In this document: piece by piece, positions 44,702 to 57,049 of the stretch
Layout: each line of letters begins with the position of its first letter
Position numbering within the stretch: the first letter of the stretch is position 1
Assembly: GCA_037447605.1 (NCBI GenBank)
Contig: CM074823.1
Location: 310,001-374,000, forward strand
Source of the DNA: Zygnema circumcarinatum SAG 698-1b
Taxonomy: Eukaryota; Plantae; Zygnematophyceae
Direction: 5' to 3'
Length of the DNA: 64,000 nt
The notes under the pieces: model-generated
Told to the model about the DNA's origin: nothing
Seen by the model: the letters and a program-made list of their open reading frames with translations, nothing else
Database searches by the model: none
Program-made: the position numbers and the translations under genes

Positions 44702-45697
44702 CCCTCTCTCTCTCTCTCTTCCTCCCTCTTCCTCTCTCACTTTCCTCTCCCTCTATCTTTCAGTCTCTCTCCCCTTGATCTGCTTGCCTTTCCCTCTCTT
44801 CGTTCTCCTGCCTCTCCGTCCCTTTCCCCCTCTCTCTCCCCCTATCCCACTTCCTCTCCCTCTCCCCCTCTCCCTCCCCCTCTCCCTCCCCTTCTCGCAC
44901 TCCCTCTCCCTCTCCCTCCAACTCTCCCTCTCCCTCTCCCACTCCCTCTCCTTCTCCCCTTTCCCTCCCCCTCTCCCACTCCCTCTCCCTCTCCGCCTCC
45001 CTCCCTGTCTCCCTCCCCCTCTCCCACTCCCTCTCCCTCTCCCCCTCTCCCTCCCCCTCTCCCACTCCCTCGCCCTCTTCCCCTCTACCTCCCCCTCTCC
45101 CACTCCCTCTCCCTCTTCCCCTCGCCCTCCCTCTCCCACTCGTCGCAATTTCGGTCCCTCCGCGAAAGCGGGGAGTGGAGATCTGTGCACGACCAAACCT
45201 GTCATTTCAACGCATCATAAGTGGACACGCGTCCACGGGACACTTCAAATTCGTACGGGTCGTGTCAGAAAACGTCAGGAGGACCACGATGGCTTTTATG
45301 GGTCCTTTCAACCATGAACCAATGTCTGTACGCCACGTTTACAACTGTAACCACATGGCGATTAATAATTGGCTAACTCGAAAAATAATTTAATTGATAG
45401 AAAACCAATGCGTGCATGCCACGTTGGCATTGTGCATACGTGGCACATTATGATTGGAAAAAATAACTTAAAAATGGCCACATTCTGTAATTGAATTTCG
45501 TACGTTTGTTCAATACGATCGACGAGGAGACCCTGCATTTGTCGTATCGGTCCCCGGAATCCGCGGAAGCAATCTCAACAGCGCTGCCAAGACCAATCTT
45601 GACTTGACTTGAATCCTTGCTCCGTAGTAGAGGGCCCAGTAAGGGATCGCCACGTGTGAAAATTTGAGCACAATTTGCCGGAGAATCCTTGAATAGT

Positions 45698-46908
45698 GGG
45701 GGTCAGACTTAACACATGGCCAAATCAATTTAGTAAGCCTGTCGGGCGAATTAAGCATTGGCTTGGTACGCATTTCGGTACGAATGTGTACGGCCAAGCC
45801 CGCGGATCCCGATCCGGAATTCGTACAAGAAACGTTGACTTTTAGTACAGTCAGCAGTCCTCATATTTTCCACCCTGTACAGTGCGTCCCCAAGAAATTC
45901 GCCCCGATTTTGCCGAAACCACCTTTTTGTACGGTAACTCAGTGTTAGCCGTACTATTCGTACTATCCGTACCCCTAAAACCCTAAAACCCTAAAACCCT
46001 AGAAAGGAAAATGATACAGTTGCCCCACTTTTTAGATATCCGCACCCCCTTTCGGGAAAATTTGTACTTTCATCTTGGCTAATCACGCCCCCCCCCCCCT
46101 TGGATCTTTCGGGAGGAGAGATCTTGTAGACAATCGGACCCCGCGCCTCGCGCGCAGGATCCGACTGTGCACCGACGTACGGCGCCGCGCATCGCGGCGT
46201 GGCCCGCGAGATGCGGCGAGCATGGGGGACCGGAAGCAGGGATGTCCAATGGTTTGGGTCAGAGGTTACCACGTGGCAGTCTTCCATTGGACATCCCTGC
46301 TTCCGGTCCCCCATGCTCGCCGCATCTCGCGGGCCGCGCCGCGATGCGCGGTGCCGTACGTCGGTGCACTGTCGGATCCTGCGCGCGAGACGCGGGGTCC
46401 GATTGTCTACAAGATCTCTCCTCCCGAAAGATCCAAGGAGAGGGGGGGGGCGTGATTAGCCAAGATGAAAGTACAAATTTTCCCGAAAGAGGGGCGCGGA
46501 TATCCAAAAAGTGGGGCGGCTGTATCATTTTCCCCTAGAAACCCTAGAAACCGTACTAGCCGTACTAGCCGTACTTGCTGTACTAGCCGTTACGGGCTTC
46601 AGCAAAACTCTCCGAATCTTCGCACACTTGCCGCCGTAAGTGGCGCTCGCTCCTCTTTCCTCCTTCTGGCTCCGATACGACACGATACGATACGATACTG
46701 AACGACACAGTATACGGTACGATACGTACGGTCCAACATGGACTCTAACATAATACCGCCCGTCTATTGGTAACACGAACCTTCTATTTGCAAAAATCAA
46801 TATTTTCGCCTCATATTTGCCAAAACCATGGCGAAAATATGATGACTGTTGACTGAGTATACTAAATTCCGTAATTTAGTACGGCCATGGTCAATGTCTG
46901 ACTCCCCC
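45698..46908. mobile_element. TIR-bounded host repeat, copy 2, interrupted by a foldback element
   Basis: Termini GGGGGTCAGAC..CATGGCC and GGCCATGG..GTCTGACTCCCCC. Internal blocks are homologous to 8270-8640 (terminal module inverted) and 9540-9890. Confidence 0.72.
46006..46533. mobile_element. Foldback (near-perfect palindromic) MITE, 528 bp, possibly Mutator-like
   Basis: Arms 46006-46252 and 46284-46533 are reverse complements with scattered mismatches around a 31-nt loop. Ends GGAAAATGATACAG / CTGTATCATTTTCC. Flanked by direct repeat CCTAGAAA (45998-46005 / 46534-46541), readable as 9 bp CCCTAGAAA if the right end is shifted by one base. Confidence 0.88.
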
Positions 46909-48929
46909 TATTGTACGGCGGGGGAATTCAGTAACCAGCGCCGGTTCGGAGAATTTGGAGCGCCGCGAATTCAGCAGAGCAATTTCGCAGCCTTTCGCTC
47001 CTTCCCGCATCGCCGCGCTCCCTCCGCCGCGGTTTAGGGGCTTTCGACATTAGGGTTAGGGTTTAGGGTTAGGATTAGGGTTAGATGGGGTAAGGGTTAG
47101 TCATGGTTAGGGTTAGGGCTAGGGCCAGGGTTAGGGTTAGGGTAGAGTTAGGGTTGAGAGCTGGAAGCCTTTCCACGAAGACATGAGGTAGCAAATCTCT
47201 ACCAGGGCGCCATGGCGGGCTTTTTCCTTTCCTTTTTTTGCCGCATCGTCTGAATCGGAGCTCCCTTCCGCCTGCCATGGCGCTACCCATCCCTTGAGCA
47301 GCTCACTTGCACTCAGTCCTTGCAAGGCCGTCATGGATACAGCAGCAGGAAAGGCGAAAAGCATGACAAAGCGAGTGCAGACAGAGCCGCCATGGCCGAA
47401 GGAAAGGCTGCGGAATCGAAGAGTGATATCCGAGAAGCAGTCGAAATATGTATGTATGTATAAATATATTTTCGGGATCGAACGCTTCCTTTATGGAGAG
47501 GTTTAGTGTGCGGTTGCCGCAACAGTAGGAGTAAGGTGGAGGGGTGCTTTGGCTTATGTAAATAAAATTTCACAAAAAAAGGAAGGCCATATGTTGAGGT
47601 CACCAAATAATTTTCCCAACAGAGGAAAAAAGTTGGCGGTGGCGTATAATGGTGTGGCTGAGATTGGCTTTTGCACAGGAGATGCTCTCTCACATGTGTG
47701 GGAATTCTGGTGGGAATGTCAAGCTGCCGAGAGAGAGAGGGAGGGAGAGAGAGAGAGTGTGAGAGAGAGATGACCCCATCGGAGCAAGAAACGGAGAAGA
47801 AGAAGGAGAAGGGGAGAAGAGGAGAAAGGGAGAAGGAGAGAGAGGGAGAGAGAGATCGAGCAAAAAACGGGAGAGGGAGCATAGGCGCAAGGAAGGAAAA
47901 TGAGGTGAAGATAGAGACAAAGTCGAGGGAGGGTTGGGAGAGCGATAGAACGATAGAACAGAGAGAGAGGCAAAGTGAGCAGAAAACAGGAGAGGGAATG
48001 AGGTTCAGGGCGAGGAGAAAGGATGGAATGAGAATGGGCGAGAAAGTGTGCGAGAAGCAGGGGAAGAGGGAGAGAAGGATATAGGGAGAGAGGGGTGGGA
48101 GACGAGGGGACTGAGAACGACGAGAAGAATTCAGAAACGTAAACTTAAACAAATACTTAGAAACTTAGAAAATTAGAACTTAGAACTAACTAACCTAAAC
48201 TTAAAACTTCAACTTAGAACTTGGAACTTAGGAAAAAACGAGAAATAGATAGACTGAGAAGGTTACTTAGTGACAGATATTTGAGGGCAGTCTTCCCTTC
48301 GTGTAAAGCAGCTCGAGCCCCGTTGGGAGGGCGTCTGAGGAGGTGGGAGAGGGCGCAGTGGGAAGGGACGGGGAGAGAGAGTGAGGGACGGAGGGAGAGA
48401 GGGAGGGACGGAGAGAGAGAGAGGGGGACGGAGGGAGAGAGGGAGGGACGAAGAGAGAGAGAGGGGGACGGAGGGAGAGAGGGAGGGACGAGGAGAGAGA
48501 GGGAGGGACGAAGAGAGAGAGGGGGGACGGAGGGAGAGAGGGAGGGAGGGAGAGAGAGAGAGGGGGGGACGGAGGGAGAGAGGGAGGGACGAAGAGAGAG
48601 AAGGGGGGAAGGAGGGAGAGAGGGAGGGATGGAGAGAGAGAGAGGGGGGGACGGAGGGAGAGAGGGAGGGAGGGAGGGAGGCACACAAAACTCAGCTTTC
48701 GTTGCAGTGGTAAGCGGCCGCCAACCTTTGGTAACCGATCAGGAATCTAAAATTCCAAAGTTCTATTGAAAAGGGATTCCAGGGAAGAACTCTATGTTGG
48801 TAACCGTCCACATGAGGTTTTTCCGGGAGGGAGAGAGGGAGGGAGAGAGGAAGGGAGAGAGGAAGGATCAGCCGAAATGAAGGGTTCGTCTGTTGCACAA
48901 ATAACACTGTTGAGGGCTTGTATGGAATT

Positions 48930-51900
48930 AGGGTTTGAAGGCTTTTAAGTTCTTTGCTTGCGGATCACTCCTCCCCTCCTGTACAAGTTCAACCCTTTAG
49001 GCTGCCTCCCTCTGATTCCACTCTGTCGGGGTTTAGGGTGGAACTGATTCCACCGATCACTTAGACGCTGCCTCTCCCCACATTCAGGAGAAGAAGACAA
49101 AGGATTGCGAGCCAACATTGGAAAATGAAGCATGAGCCACTCTCTCTCTCCCGCTCTCTCGCCCTCTCTCTCCCCCTCTCTCGCCCTCTCTCTCCCCCTC
49201 TCTCTCCCACTTTTTCGCCCTCTCTCTCCCCCTCTCTCTCCCACTCTCCTACTCTCTCTCTTTCCCCCTCTCTCTCCCACTCTCCCACTCTCTCTTTCTC
49301 CCCCACTCTCCCACTCTCTCTCTCCTCTCCCACTCCCTCTCCCCATCTCTCTCTATCTCCACCTCGGTATGATCTCAATATGCAAGAGCTCAGGGCTCTC
49401 TTTGTTCCCATCTCTCACTACGCCTCCTCGCTCTCCTTTCGCCATCTCAACGTCCTCCCTCCCTCCCTCCCTTCCTCCCCACCTCCCGCCCTCCCTCTTT
49501 CTCTCCCTCTCCCTCCCTCGCCCCCCTTCCACTTTCTCTCCCACCCCCCCGCTCCCTTCTCTCTCTTCCTCTCCATCCCTCCCTCCCAAAATGAAGGAAA
49601 TAATGAATATTTCCTTGCGACAATTTTGTATTGTCCGATTCTGAAAACCCTATATAGCTTAATCATCTTCTCGATTATTTTAATTTTTTTATCTTATGAT
49701 CATCAATTCTTTTTCTAAAGAATCACTTCTTCAATGCAAGCGGTTCTCGATTACTACCAAAATTCAAAACTCTGAAGGCCTCTCGTTTCCCCTACACCTT
49801 TTCCCCTTTTTATGCTCTCCAAAACTGTTCAGCCAACTACTTCTCCGTCTCTGTGTTGTTACTACGATTTTTGAGTGGGTGTGACTTTATTGCGAGCCCA
49901 TTTGCCTTTGTGTGACTTTATTGGGGAGGGTGTCTACCTGTGTCTATAGCTACGTGTCGTAGGGTTACTTGCCTCTTTCCATGCGAAAACAAAAGCGCGC
50001 TCACTGTTTTCAGTCACGTGTAGCACAAAGATCGAGTTACAGTTCGTGGTGCTGTGATTACTGAACTGGAATTGTAACAGGATGTGAACTGTAATTACAC
50101 TGCCAATGAACTGAAACTGCGCTGCAACTGATTTCACTAAAACTGCGTTGCATGTGGCTCTCAACGTTCAGCCACAATAGAGAGTCGATGAGAGCACAAT
50201 GCGAGATATGCGCACAGCGACTTGTTGACTTCATAGGGTTAAGCCTGGGTGGCAACCAACTTGTCCGCCACGAACACGACAAAAAGAAAGACCAAACAAG
50301 CCATAGAATTGAATGATGTCCGTACAGATCAATCCAAGATGTACAAAAATAATTGAATTCACCCAAGTCAACGCTTAGCGTGCGACATGTAGACGTCAAG
50401 ATGCAGATCGGATGACGTCACAAACAGCTCAGAGTCTACTGCATGTAAACCAAATTGGACTTTCGAACGTACAAACAAATTAAGGCGCCGAAGTGACTGT
50501 ACGAGCCGTACGGCTGGGATAACACTGACGGCAACGATCGGAACGCTGTCAGCCATAAATATCCAACGAATCAGAGCTCGCCACGTCGTACGAAGCCTCG
50601 GGATCGCGAGCCCCCATCAACCATTGCGGTCGACGGTCCCCACTTTCCCAGGCCCAACCTAGGCGGCGATGAGTGCGATTAGAGCGAGAGGGGACGAGGT
50701 GTAGAGGGAGACGAGTGGAAGAGAGTGGGAGAGAGTGAGAGAGAGAGTGAGAGAGAGAGCGGGAGAGAGTGAACGGAGAGACATTGAGGGAGAAAGAAAG
50801 GGGGGAAGCGCGAGAGAAGCGNNNNNNNNNNAGGGTTTGAAGGCTTTTAAGTTCTTTGCTTGCGGATCACTCCTCCCCTCCTGTACAAGTTCAACCCTTT
50901 AGGCTGCCTCCCTCTGATTCCACTCTGTCGGGGTTTAGGGTGGAACTGATTCCACCGATCACTTAGACGCTGCCTCTCCCCACATTCAGGAGAAGAAGAC
51001 AAAGGATTGCGAGCCAACATTGGAAAATGAAGCATGAGCCACTCTCTCTCTCCCGCTCTCTCGCCCTCTCTCTCCCCCTCTCTCGCCCTCTCTCTCCCCC
51101 TCTCTCTCCCACTTTTTCGCCCTCTCTCTCCCCCTCTCTCTCCCACTCTCCTACTCTCTCTCTTTCCCCCTCTCTCTCCCACTCTCCCACTCTCTCTTTC
51201 TCCCCCACTCTCCCACTCTCTCTCTCCTCTCCCACTCCCTCTCCCCATCTCTCTCTATCTCCACCTCGGTATGATCTCAATATGCAAGAGCTCAGGGCTC
51301 TCTTTGTTCCCATCTCTCACTACGCCTCCTCGCTCTCCTTTCGCCATCTCAACGTCCTCCCTCCCTCCCTCCCTTCCTCCCCACCTCCCGCCCTCCCTCT
51401 TTCTCTCCCTCTCCCTCCCTCGCCCCCCTTCCACTTTCTCTCCCACCCCCCCGCTCCCTTCTCTCTCTTCCTCTCCATCCCTCCCTCCCAAAATGAAGGA
51501 AATAATGAATATTTCCTTGCGACAATTTTGTATTGTCCGATTCTGAAAACCCTATATAGCTTAATCATCTTCTCGATTATTTTAATTTTTTTATCTTATG
51601 ATCATCAATTCTTTTTCTAAAGAATCACTTCTTCAATGCAAGCGGTTCTCGATTACTACCAAAATTCAAAACTCTGAAGGCCTCTCGTTTCCCCTACACC
51701 TTTTCCCCTTTTTATGCTCTCCAAAACTGTTCAGCCAACTACTTCTCCGTCTCTGTGTTGTTACTACGATTTTTGAGTGGGTGTGACTTTATTGCGAGCC
51801 CATTTGCCTTTGTGTGACTTTATTGGGGAGGGTGTCTACCTGTGTCTATAGCTACGTGTCGTAGGGTTACTTGCCTCTTTCCATGCGAAAACAAAAGCGC

Positions 51901-52168
51901 GCTCACTGTTTTCAGTCACGTGTAGCACAAAGATCGAGTTACAGTTCGTGGTGCTGTGATTACTGAACTGGAATTGTAACAGGATGTGAACTGTAATTAC
52001 ACTGCCAATGAACTGAAACTGCGCTGCAACTGATTTCACTAAAACTGCGTTGCATGTGGCTCTCAACGTTCAGCCACAATAGAGAGTCGATGAGAGCACA
52101 ATGCGAGATATGCGCACAGCGACTTGTTGACTTCATAGGGTTAAGCCTGGGTGGCAACCAACTTGTCC
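48930..52168. repeat. 1.34-kb direct duplication (48930-50266 and 50832-52168), apparently identical, adjacent to assembly gaps
   Basis: Offset 1902. All predicted ORFs in the two copies translate identically. Copy 2 starts immediately after a 10-N gap and ends ~20 bp before a ~100-N gap. Confidence 0.9.
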
Positions 52169-53399
52169 CACCACAGGCAGGCAAAAAGNNNNNNNNNNNN
52201 NNNNNNNNNNNNNNNNNNNNNNNNNNNNNNNNNNNNNNNNNNNNNNNNNNNNNNNNNNNNNNNNNNNNNNNNNNNNNNNNNNNNNNNNAATTATCTGTAG
52301 TATCGTATCTTCGTTTGTACGCTGTACAAATGCACGGACTTTTGTACAAATATGGATTCAGATGGAGCGTCAGAATCCGATTGCAGTCTAAAGGAGATAT
52401 GTACGGATCCGGCAATCGACTGTACGGTCAGAGAGGTGCACGGAGCCGGCAATCGACTGTACCATCAGAGAGGCTCTGGCTGACACGTGGCGAGCCTATG
52501 TTCGTCGACCGTACCTGTCAACACCCCCCGAGTACAGTAGGGCCCCCTAATATTTTCCTAGTACTTGCGTTACCCAAGAAATTCGCCCTGATTTTGACGA
52601 AACCACTTTTAGTACGGAAGTCTGTGTTCATGTATTAGGGGTAGGGATGGATTAATTACGACTATAATATATATATTATATTATACAACTGTGACGACTA
52701 GATAACGGCTGATATATATTACTTTACAACGCCCTTACAACATGTATGGTCGGACGGTCGTATGGTCGTACGATTGTACGGTATTATGCGGTACGAATGT
52801 ACGGTCGAGCACGAGCAGACAGAGTGAACCAGACGGACGCATTTCGCAACGTGTAGCGTAGTGGAGCTGCGCTCGACGGATCCGCGTCAGTTCAGTTGTA
52901 CTTGACATATGCCTCTTCAGTATCACGGACCGGCATAATCCAGGAGCTGCCGACGGAGAATGCGAGAAGGCGGCGCCATGTGTTGGCGGCCCACGGAACA
53001 GCACANNNNNNNNNNAATCACCCATCAATTCTGAAGAGGGTGCTCAAGCCCGGATCGCCGAGATTGCAATGGCCTTGCGCAGGCTCCCTGTCAACCAAAG
53101 CGATCCTCATTCACATCCCCTGCCATTCCTCCCTGCCAATGTCAACGGCGCTAGCTCCTCTGGCATGGCTCCACCGACGCCGCCGAGAACTCCCCGCCCT
53201 CCCTCTTCCACCGGTCATCCTGGGGATCCATGCCCCGGTGAGGAAACCGACTTCCATTCACCGGTGAGGAGCCGCATACCGGGCACGCTCGAGCCATACG
53301 CGACGGAAGAAATGCACGCGAACCTCCCCACGCCTCGGCAGCCCGCTTCTACCCCTGGGCAACATCGCCGACCACCTCCCAACAGATGGCCTATCCCCA

Positions 53400-56300
53400 T
53401 TGGAACGCATGGCTCATCAGCTCATGGGGAAGGCTAAGATCGGAATTACCTGTCACGCTTTTGATGTACCGGGTTCCGTGCTGCGTACCGCTCAAAAGCT
53501 GGCTAATTTTACGTACAAGCAGAGGCCACCCTCGCTGCCTCCCATCAATGGTTCCTATGAAAACCGACATCCCTCGCCGACAGATATACACACCACATAC
53601 ACGGGCGCCCAGACTCCGCCAAGCCTCCCCGCCAGCCTCCCCGCCATTCTCCATGTCCTCCTCTGATCCCAACACCCAACGTAAGGACCATCGCCAATGT
53701 ATATTGAACGGGTCATCCCAAAGAAGCGTCATGATCGGCCACAGAGTTGCGCGCATAGCTCATTCCAAAACCAAGATGAAGGCTGTGTTGTTGGCCAAGA
53801 CGCCGAACCCATCCCCTGCATATGTGGGGTTGAGGGGAGTCTACATCAAGGTTTGGGCAGTGCCCAGGTGATCATCAGCCTTGGAGAGATGGGAGCCACG
53901 GTGAATGCGGTCATCACAGCCGCTGAGCATTATTCTATCCTGCTTGGCTCAGATTGGCTCATTGCAATGGGGGCACAGATCGACTTTTCTACATGTCAGC
54001 TGCACTTATCTACTGGAGGGACAGATTGCTCCTTCCCCATCATCCTCGAGTCCCTTGCCACCTACGCCTTCCCCAAACGACACGCCACGGCGCAGGTCTC
54101 CTACCCAGAGATCAACATGTACCATGCGGTCGGCAGTCCCTATTCTTCCTATGGATCTGCCAATTCTGATACCGAGGACGAGACTCCCCCTCCTCCGGGT
54201 CCAGCCCTCTCAGGCGCCGGACGGAAAGACCCTTTTGTCACGGGTGATACGCATTCCAACTTTCTCTGCCTAATGGTGATCAATGCTGATGAAGAGTGGT
54301 CAAGATAGAGGGACAGATGCTATTAGGGGCTCGGGCAGCCCTTCGCTGCATTCGGGACAGCATTTCAATTACGGGTAAGCCGCGCCGAATCACCGCTGCA
54401 CGGCTATCTACTACATCTAAGTAAGCATTACACTACGGAGTACCGCCATCGTATACGGGATGCGCCCTGCGGATGACCCCCTCGACTCCCTACCGCTTCC
54501 GCGCGCTAAAGCAGCTCGGCTGTCGAAACGCCGCATCTATCGGTAACGCACGCCGGATTGATGGAACCCTATAGCGACCTTTGGGCTGCCGCCGTTTAAG
54601 CTACCAAAGCCGGATGGCACACTTCGCATCTCGGTGGAGACTATCGAAACCGGAACGCAAAGTGACGAAGTGGGGATCCCATACATTGCCGGATGTGACC
54701 TTATCCTCCACGGGCGCTTCCCCGATGACTGGTTCTCAAAGACTGGATATGCGTAAGTCCTTCGCAGATCCTTTGGCGACAGTTTATCGCTGCAGAAGAT
54801 GTGGCTTCAAAGACGTACACACGCTTCGCGGCAAGGATGTAAAGGCTTCCCTTTGGGCTCAAGAATTTCCAGCCACCCACCTGCCTCGCCAACCAGGTCT
54901 TGGCCCCTGCTGCTGCTTTCTCATGAACCGGGGTGATGTGGATGATGCTTCCTCCATAGCAGTGATTGGTTCTCCCACCTCGCAACATTACTGACCAAGT
55001 ACCGCGAACAGCCTATCAAGTAAGGCTGCTGAAGTATTGCCCCAAGAAATGCAAGGGCCATCGTGAGATCACTACCTAGGACATCGCTTTGGCATCAATG
55101 GACCGAAGCCATCACTCCACAAAATTGAGGCCATTGACCTCATGCCAGTTCCACAGAACCTCACTCAGCTCAAATCTTTCTTGGGACTCACCTCATTCTA
55201 TCGCCGGTTCATCAAGGGTTATGCCCTTATCGCGCGTCCCCTACATGCCTTGGAGAAACACGGAGTCTACTACTTAATGGAGCCGAAGGCCAGGATCTGC
55301 CCTTCCACGCGCTCAAGAGCGCCTCCCTGTGCTCTTGCCCCGTGATCACCCGACCCCACCCCTCGCCTCACAATCATTGGACGCCGACCGGAGTCACGGG
55401 CTTTTTGGGGCAAGGCCAAGCATTCTCGATGGGGAACACCCGCCGCTATGCTAGCAGGTCTCGCTCGAAACTGAGACCAAGTACAGCCCTACCAGGGCGC
55501 AGGCCGCTATTCTCTCAAGTACTCGAGTAGTTTCTAAGCTCTTATAGCCTACCAGCCCATTGTCATTCGATCACTACATGCCACCTACTTGGTCAGACAT
55601 CATGGCTACCCTAATGCACCCAAGTTTGCATCGCGTTAGGTGATGTAAAGCTGGCGGTAATGTACTCAAGGTCACCACCGCCCCGGACAGAGCCACGGCA
55701 GGTGACGCCTCGGCCGAAATCCTGCCCCACCTCACTTTATCCGCCGCTTCTTGAACCCATCCCCCACCCACCCTCTGAAACCCCGAAAGCATCTTCCCAT
55801 CGGAGGATTTTATTGCAGCATCACACTCCGCATGATGTCATATTCGCATGGGCTGATTGATATTCGCCACGGCCACCACCTCCATCACCGGGTAAAGACC
55901 CTCGGGACTTCACCTACCTGGCCACCCCTCATGCGGATCCTGGGAACTCCTCATGGATGACCTACCTGCCAAGCTCCCTTTCTTCCTCCCCACTTCCCGC
56001 TACCACGCCTCACACTCACTCTTCTCAAGGCTAGCCATGACTCGCTGGCCACCGCCTTTTATCACCGGACACCGAGGGGTTTCGCTGGCTGCTCGGCCAA
56101 GGCTGGAACTTCTCTCGCGATGATGATGGTCGATTTCTACCTCCGCCTTCCCTGCTCTTTCCCCAACGAAAGCGATGGAGATCCCGGATGTCGCCACGCA
56201 TGCCCGCCGGATTCCACTCGCCGTAAGAAGATGGTCGCCATGCCGCAGAGCGCTTATTACAGTTCGACTCCATGGCGTTGAGCCAATACGTCTAAAACCT

Positions 56301-56800
56301 GCACCTGCTGCTTTTCAACGCTGTAAGCCAAGCCTCAATCGGCCAACCCCTAGAGATGGGTGTGAGATCCCTATAATGGTATGCTGCGTAAGATTGATCA
56401 TTGATACCTTTTCTATCCCCAGCTCGGCACCCCTCCGGGCTACATATCTTGGTATTCCAAGAAGGGACGTATACACCAAATGGGTGGAAGTTCACGCGAC
56501 AGAATCTAAGCACTCAGTCCACTCTACTCGTCTCCTGACAGCCATCATTCACCGTCACTCTCTCCCCTACTCTGTTCACTCTGACAATGGCACCGAATAC
56601 AAGGGGGCGTTTGCCAAGCTCATGCAAGACTTCCGCATAATTCACCGCACCTCTAGCCCCTACTCCCCCTGGCAGAATGGGCTTGCAAAACGTACCATAC
56701 AGACCGTTAAGGACGCGTGTGTTTGCGGCTGCGCGGAGCTGGAGGCGGACTGGCGCGAGGTCATCCCCTCCCTGGTCTTCTGTAACGACTGAAAACCGCC
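53400..56800 (+). mobile_element. Degenerate Ty3/gypsy LTR retrotransposon (PR-RT-RNaseH-INT), frameshifted
   Basis: Protease-like ILLGSDWL..GAQIDF (53.9 kb); RT fragments LPKPDGTLRI and LDMRKSF (54.6-55.0 kb); PQNLTQLKSFLGLTSFYRRFIKGYALIARPL (55142-55260); integrase core TKWVEV..HSDNGTEY..SSPYSPWQNGLAKRTIQTVK (56470-56710). Domain order is gypsy. Confidence 0.9.
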
Positions 56801-57049
56801 TCTTCAGTCTGCGCGGAATCACACACCAGCACTCCGAGTTCAGCGAGAGAGAGAGCAAGAGAGAGAAAGCTTTAGAGAGTGGCGCAGCCCTGGGCAAGGG
56901 TGCAACCGAATGCCGGTACGTTGGTTGGGTGACGACAGTCACCCTCGCCCCTTTACGCTTCCCCCGTTGAACCTCCTACCAGCATGGAGGATTGGAAGCA
57001 GGGCTGTCCAATGGCAGACTGCCACGTGTCCCTCTCTGACACGAATGGG

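Noticed and set aside
48930-52168. 1.34-kb identical direct duplication as a recent segmental duplication or LTR pair
   Set aside because: Copies appear identical, copy 2 begins exactly at a gap and ends next to another, and there are no TG..CA ends or coding interior. A scaffolding or haplotype artefact is more likely; read depth would settle it.
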